64,000 nucleotides of DNA from Candidatus Latescibacterota bacterium (GTDB taxonomy: Bacteria > Latescibacterota > UBA2968 > GCA-2709665): positions 864,001 to 928,000 of the forward strand of contig OZ250150.1 of the NCBI GenBank assembly GCA_965237675.1, in the 5' to 3' direction. Below are positions 59,939-64,000 of the stretch, in pieces (position 1 is the stretch's first letter; the number at the start of each line of letters is the position of its first letter). A program made the position numbers and the translations under genes. A model generated the notes under the pieces. That model worked only from the letters and a program-made list of their open reading frames with translations, was not told where the DNA came from and did no database searches.

Positions 59939-60238
59939 CTATTTGAAAGTTGCTACCTGATTAAGATTTTTGCTGGAAATTGAACCTTCCTCATAGCAAG
60001 AATACCAATCGGTAGCGTTTGGGATATTCACCATGTCTGCTTGTGCATTCTTCGCGTTGCCCTCTAATTCCCAGTAAACAATGTCGATATAACCTCCATC
60101 ACTATTCCTGTGAATCTCCCACTTTTTGAAACCTGACTGTCTGCTCATCCAATTTTCCAGAACATCACTTGCAACATTCAGTAGATGTTCCTCCGAGATA
60201 TTCTCTGCCAACTCGTAACTGATTATGTCTTTGTACAT
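59939..60238 (-). CDS. Small AT-rich protein, ABM/dimeric alpha-beta-barrel-like
   Basis: WMSRQSGF...YIDIVYWE...AKNA pattern. Confidence 0.6.
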   Translation of the reverse strand: MYKDIISYELAENISEEHLLNVASDVLENWMSRQSGFKKWEIHRNSDGGYIDIVYWELEGNAKNAQADMVNIPNATDWYSCYEEGSISSKNLNQVATFK

Positions 60239-60507
60239 TTTGTTGCCCCTTAAATTGATGAATTGCGTACAAGTCGTGGGTGTGGAACGAACAAACGAGC
60301 GCTTCCCTCCAGTTCGCAACAGAAGACAAAGGATTCTATCATAGTTACTATGTAAAACAGACAGTCTCCGAGGGTTGTGCCAAAAATGAAGTCTACCAAA
60401 TTACAAACAACCCTTTTGGATGAGACGGTCTTGAAAAAGGATAACATTGAATCGTTGTCAGGTCAAACCCTTATTTTTGCAGGTGTTATGTATAGTAGAA
60501 TTACGCG

Positions 60508-60594
60508 CCGATGTCGCTAACATGCATTTCGCCGAAAACGTATGCAAGGGTCCGGCAGGTTCACCGATGAATCGCTTGTCGTCGCACAGAATCG
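60508..60594 (+). repeat. 87-bp direct repeat, copy 1
   Basis: 74/87 identical, ungapped, to 61440-61526 (manual count). Confidence 0.85.
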
Positions 60595-60623
60595 TCCGGG
60601 ACAGAACACGAGGAACATCCGCT

Positions 60624-61370
60624 ATGGACAGTGAATTGTTGCAACGGGGGTTCGACCCCCAGCCGCTGACGCCCGCCCAGTGCAGCGCGCTGGACACCAA
60701 CGGCTTCCTCATTCTGGATGCCGTCATCGCGCCCGACTGGCTGGCCGGGCTGCGCCGTGCTTTTGACGAGATCTTCGCCCGCGAAGGCGACAAAGCCGGC
60801 GCTGAGGTTGCCCGGATGGATGGCGTGCGCCGACTCGCCGACCTGGTCAACAAGGGGACGGTCTTCGACGCCGTGTACCTGCAGCCGACGCTTCTGTCGG
60901 CGGTCTATCACGTCCTGCAGCGGCCGTTCAAGCTCCACTCGCTCAACGGACACGATCCGCTGCCCGGCAGCGGATTACAGGGCCTGCACAAGGACTGGGG
61001 GCAGCCCACCGTACCCGGCGGACCGTACCACGTCGTCAACTCGATGTGGATGCTCGACGACTTCACCCGGGTTAACGGCGCGACCCGCTGCGTCCCCGCG
61101 AGCCACCGCAAACCCGGCAGGGTTGCCGATGCCCTGGCCGATCACCCCGATCAAGTCCAGCTGACAGGCCGCGCCGGCTCGGTCGCCGTCTTCAACGGCA
61201 GCCTCTTGCACAGCTCGTATCGCAACCTCAGCGACGCCCCCCGCCGCACCCTGCACTGCGCCTTTATCGCCCGCGAACACCCGCAGCAGACGAACCAGCG
61301 CGAGTACTTGCGGCCCGCAACCGCCCGACGACTCTCGCCGCTGACGCGCTACATCCTCGACGTCGAGTGA
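60624..61370 (+). CDS. PhyH-family dioxygenase
   Basis: GLHKDW, NGATRCVPASH, AGSVAVFNGSLLHS; GAGG RBS before ATG 60624. Confidence 0.88.
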   Translation: MDSELLQRGFDPQPLTPAQCSALDTNGFLILDAVIAPDWLAGLRRAFDEIFAREGDKAGAEVARMDGVRRLADLVNKGTVFDAVYLQPTLLSAVYHVLQRPFKLHSLNGHDPLPGSGLQGLHKDWGQPTVPGGPYHVVNSMWMLDDFTRVNGATRCVPASHRKPGRVADALADHPDQVQLTGRAGSVAVFNGSLLHSSYRNLSDAPRRTLHCAFIAREHPQQTNQREYLRPATARRLSPLTRYILDVE

Positions 61371-61439
61371 ACCTCGACGCATAACTCAAACTGCTTTTTC
61401 TTCAGATGATCCATCGCGTACGCATAGGATAATATCGCA

Positions 61440-61526
61440 CCGATATCGGTAATATGCAATTCGCGGAAAACGTACGCAAGGGTCCGGCACGGTCACTGAT
61501 GAGTCGCCTGTCGCCGCACAGACTCG
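61440..61526 (+). repeat. 87-bp direct repeat, copy 2
   Basis: See copy 1. Confidence 0.85.
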
Positions 61527-61580
61527 CTTCGCCATCGTGTTCGACGATCGCGTCCATTTTCATTGATCCACGAACGCCAC

Positions 61581-62090
61581 TTACACGATATTCTTGACAC
61601 CCCCGGCCAGAGGCCGTTCTTGAAACTGCCTCAGATTCGCTGCCGACGCCTTAATGAACCGCTTGGAAACACTTGAGGACGATAAGCCAAACGCCTCCAG
61701 TACCGCCTCGGCGCAACTTTCATAGGAACGCGTGGCAATGCCCCTGACCACGCGCAGCAGCAAGCCTTCATCCATGTGTCTCGGGCGCTGCAAGCGGTGA
61801 TACACCTCCAGAGGAACTTCCTCATTGGCTTCCACATCACGCACCCTGGGCACCGTAATGGGCACTTTTTGATCCGACAGATACACCGATCCCGGTTGAG
61901 CGCCCCACCGACGATTCGAGGTCTTCCCCGCTTTACGACTGTATTTCTTGCCCGTCAACCCCGCGACCTCATTCTGCAAGACGTCCTCCACAGCGCCCGG
62001 ACCAGGCGGGATCAGCGCCTGGATCAATGCCACCCGGACGTCAACATCCTCCAGCGCTGCTCCCAGGACCGGGTCGGACGTCAGACCGCC
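61581..62090 (-). pseudogene. IS256-family transposase fragment
   Basis: EVAGLTGKKYSR...RWG...GSV...VPITVPRVR...GIATRSY...GLSSSSVSKRF...FQERPL; no DDE core. Confidence 0.8.
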
Positions 62091-62091
62091 A

Positions 62092-62145
62092 TCCGGTGAC
62101 CAGCGCCGTTTGGCCGTCGAGCTTAAAAAAATCCAAAATCCCCAT
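62092..62145 (-). pseudogene. 5' stub of a short-chain dehydrogenase gene
   Basis: MGILDFFKLDGQTALVTG is the SDR N-terminus, cut at the TGxxxGxG motif by the IS256 fragment. Confidence 0.65.
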
Positions 62146-62146
62146 G

Positions 62147-62521
62147 CTATTCCCCTTGGTTCTGTCCTTGAAGAACGGTCAGTGCATCCCACGTCGCCGG
62201 AAATCCGCCGAAAGCGCTCATCTGCAACATGACCTCCTCAATCTCCGTCCTTGTGGATCCACAACCAAGGGCTCGGTCGATGTGAACAGCAAGTTGTTCC
62301 GGCCTGCCGAGAACCGTCAAGGCCGCGATCGTGCACAGCAGACGGGTCTTGATGTCCAGCCCGTCCCGTCCGTACAGGTCATACATCACGTGCTCCATCA
62401 CGAGTCGCTCGAACTCGGGATGAAGTGTGCGCATCTTCTTGGCAGCGGCCTCTGCAGCGGCCTCTCCGACCATCGTCGAGAGAACTCTGCGCCCTGCTTC
62501 GTAGCGTTCACTTTCAGTCAT
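62147..62521 (-). CDS. Carboxymuconolactone decarboxylase-family protein
   Basis: LDIKTRLLCTIAAL...LAVHIDRAL...EIEEV...FGGFPA. Confidence 0.88.
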   Translation of the reverse strand: MTESERYEAGRRVLSTMVGEAAAEAAAKKMRTLHPEFERLVMEHVMYDLYGRDGLDIKTRLLCTIAALTVLGRPEQLAVHIDRALGCGSTRTEIEEVMLQMSAFGGFPATWDALTVLQGQNQGE

Positions 62522-62544
62522 ACTTCCTCCCCCTTGGGTGTCGA

Positions 62545-62781
62545 TTAAAATTTCGACCGTGCTGTCGCCGCAGTAGCAGGCAGCCTACATCGCAGGTGCC
62601 AGTCTGCGTCTTCAAGCGCCTCGTAGACCACGCCGCCCCCCACCTGCTCGGGCATGGGGATGCCGAGCAAGTAGCACAGCGTCGGCGCGACATCCACCGC
62701 CCGCACCTGCCGACTGAGCGCCAGCAGCCCCTCAGCTCGATTCAGCCACGGGTTCAGCCTGGATGTACCCCGATAAATCAT
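62545..62781 (-). pseudogene. C-terminal remnant of an alkaline-phosphatase-superfamily protein
   Basis: VDVAPTLCYLLGIPMPEQVGGGVVYEALED only. Confidence 0.55.
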
Positions 62782-64000
62782 TCATACAAACAGCTCATGT
62801 ACCAGCGTCCGAGCCCGCTCGACCACGGTTTCGAGGCAGCCGGGGGTGAGCTTGGCCCAGTAGGTAACGTCTTCGTTGGCCTCGTGTCCGCCTCGGGCGT
62901 AGGCTGCCCGCGTCGGCAGGTAGCCGACATAGTGGGTCGTGAGGTGCGCTGGAAAGAGAAAAGGTGCCGCTGAGTTCGTTTTGAGTGCGAGTTGTCCTTC
63001 GACAAAAGGTTCTCCAGGCAGGCCGATAACGCCGAGGTCGCCGATGCGGAAAGCCTGGATTTCATAGGGGAACTCGGAGTCCCGCTGCCGGCATAGTTCG
63101 ACGCTGCGGGTCGAAGCGGCCCGAAACCAGTGCCGATCCACTTCGCCGTTTGCTCCGCGCGGCGGTTGTGGATTCTCAGTGAGAGTCGCATTGACCTCGC
63201 ACAAGCGCTCGGCCGGAATCTCGCGGAAGGGCAGGCCGACCTTTTCGACTCTGCAAGCCAACGCAGCGTTATTGGCAAACGTCATATTGTGAACAATTCG
63301 TTCGCTCATCCGGGCCAATTCGCGCCCCATTCGCTGGTGGTCCGGCCGGCAATCCGGGTCGAAAGGATGCCAGGGGTTGATGTTGCCGCAACAGCCGTTG
63401 ACGACCAACGGCACTGCGTCGGAGCCGAACAGCTGCTGCATCTGCCGCGTCCAGGCGCCAGGCCAATCCGCCGACACCGCCCGGTAGGTCTCGGGATTTC
63501 CGAACGCATTGACCGGGTGACAGGTGTAGTGCAGGAGAAAGGCCAGCGGCCGCATATCCATGTCCTGGACGCAGCACACGCCGACTTCCGGGTCCATCGG
63601 CCCTTCGAGATAGCAGATATCCGCGTTCCCGAACGGCTGTTGTTCCCGACCCAGCGGCTTGGGCATGGCGATGCCGCCGTCCCGGCGTATGCCGCGGCGA
63701 TTGAAAGCCAGGTCCCCCAAGACGCCACGCCCCAAACCGATGCGCACGGGTTGCAGCTTGCCCACCGCTTCGACCGCGGCCTCCACTGCGGCGGCGGCAG
63801 TCCGGTCGCCGTAGGCGCGCTCGCCTCCGCGCAGATACTCCGTCTCCGCGTTGGTCTCCAAAGGGAAATCCGGATCCAGCATAAAGTAGCCGAGGCTCGG
63901 GGCGGAGTGCGTCTGGGTCGCCTGGACCATGATCGCCTCCGGTGCGATGCCCGTATGCTCGCCGATAACGGCGCGGATCCGGTCCGTGTAGTCCCAGGTG
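62782..64000 (-). CDS. Neutral-ceramidase-like hydrolase (5' end outside window)
   Basis: ATQTHSAP, FNRR, GPMDPEV, YTCHP, SADWPG, GCCGNINP, GLPGEPF, GYLPT. Confidence 0.8.
   Translation of the reverse strand, partial: TWDYTDRIRAVIGEHTGIAPEAIMVQATQTHSAPSLGYFMLDPDFPLETNAETEYLRGGERAYGDRTAAAAVEAAVEAVGKLQPVRIGLGRGVLGDLAFNRRGIRRDGGIAMPKPLGREQQPFGNADICYLEGPMDPEVGVCCVQDMDMRPLAFLLHYTCHPVNAFGNPETYRAVSADWPGAWTRQMQQLFGSDAVPLVVNGCCGNINPWHPFDPDCRPDHQRMGRELARMSERIVHNMTFANNAALACRVEKVGLPFREIPAERLCEVNATLTENPQPPRGANGEVDRHWFRAASTRSVELCRQRDSEFPYEIQAFRIGDLGVIGLPGEPFVEGQLALKTNSAAPFLFPAHLTTHYVGYLPTRAAYARGGHEANEDVTYWAKLTPGCLETVVERARTLVHELFV

Noticed and set aside
59900-60345. Integron cassette with attC around the AT-rich ABM-like gene
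   Set aside because: Only a partial attC-like look (TTGTACGC end). There are no matching RYYYAAC/GTTRRRY boxes on both sides and no integrase.
60508-61526. Selenoprotein (shared TGA near a Cys codon) or mini-CRISPR
   Set aside because: No start codon, SECIS or full ORF supports a selenoprotein. Two 87-bp copies 932 bp apart do not fit CRISPR geometry.

Overview
GC-rich bacterial chromosome segment. The gene repertoire (four PhyH-family dioxygenases, sulfatase, heparinase/sialidase-like enzymes, and a cadherin/Fn3 surface protein with 'DFDGDGxVxFxDFxxFAxxFG' EF-hand/dockerin-like motifs) suggests a Latescibacterota/Poribacteria-like heterotroph, possibly a sponge symbiont (inference only). 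Layout: (1) 1-12.3 kb: vapBC toxin-antitoxin pair and catabolic or housekeeping genes. (2) 12.5-21.9 kb: AT-richer accessory region holding a complete 5,189-bp IS1595-family cargo transposon (24-bp terminal inverted repeats (TIRs), 8-bp target-site duplication (TSD) TTTACTAA; cargo includes a stand-alone Cas2-like protein and a NYN nuclease), an IS1380 and gene remnants. (3) A 2,099-aa surface protein. (4) hisI-hisG preceded by a His-rich leader peptide and terminator (probable attenuator). (5) 31.5-50.1 kb: glycan/peptide catabolism cluster with two 804-aa paralogs. (6) 50.4-58.6 kb, the best novelty candidate: a five-gene co-oriented locus of MORC/GHKL ATPase, cluster-less B12-radical-SAM paralog, intact B12-radical-SAM, a second MORC/GHKL ATPase and a methyltransferase-fold protein, possibly an undescribed nucleic-acid modification/defence system. 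(7) 58.9-64 kb: PhyH genes, an 87-bp direct repeat, an IS256 remnant and catabolic genes. No rRNA, tRNA or CRISPR array was seen. All calls come from reading motifs by eye; no searches were run.
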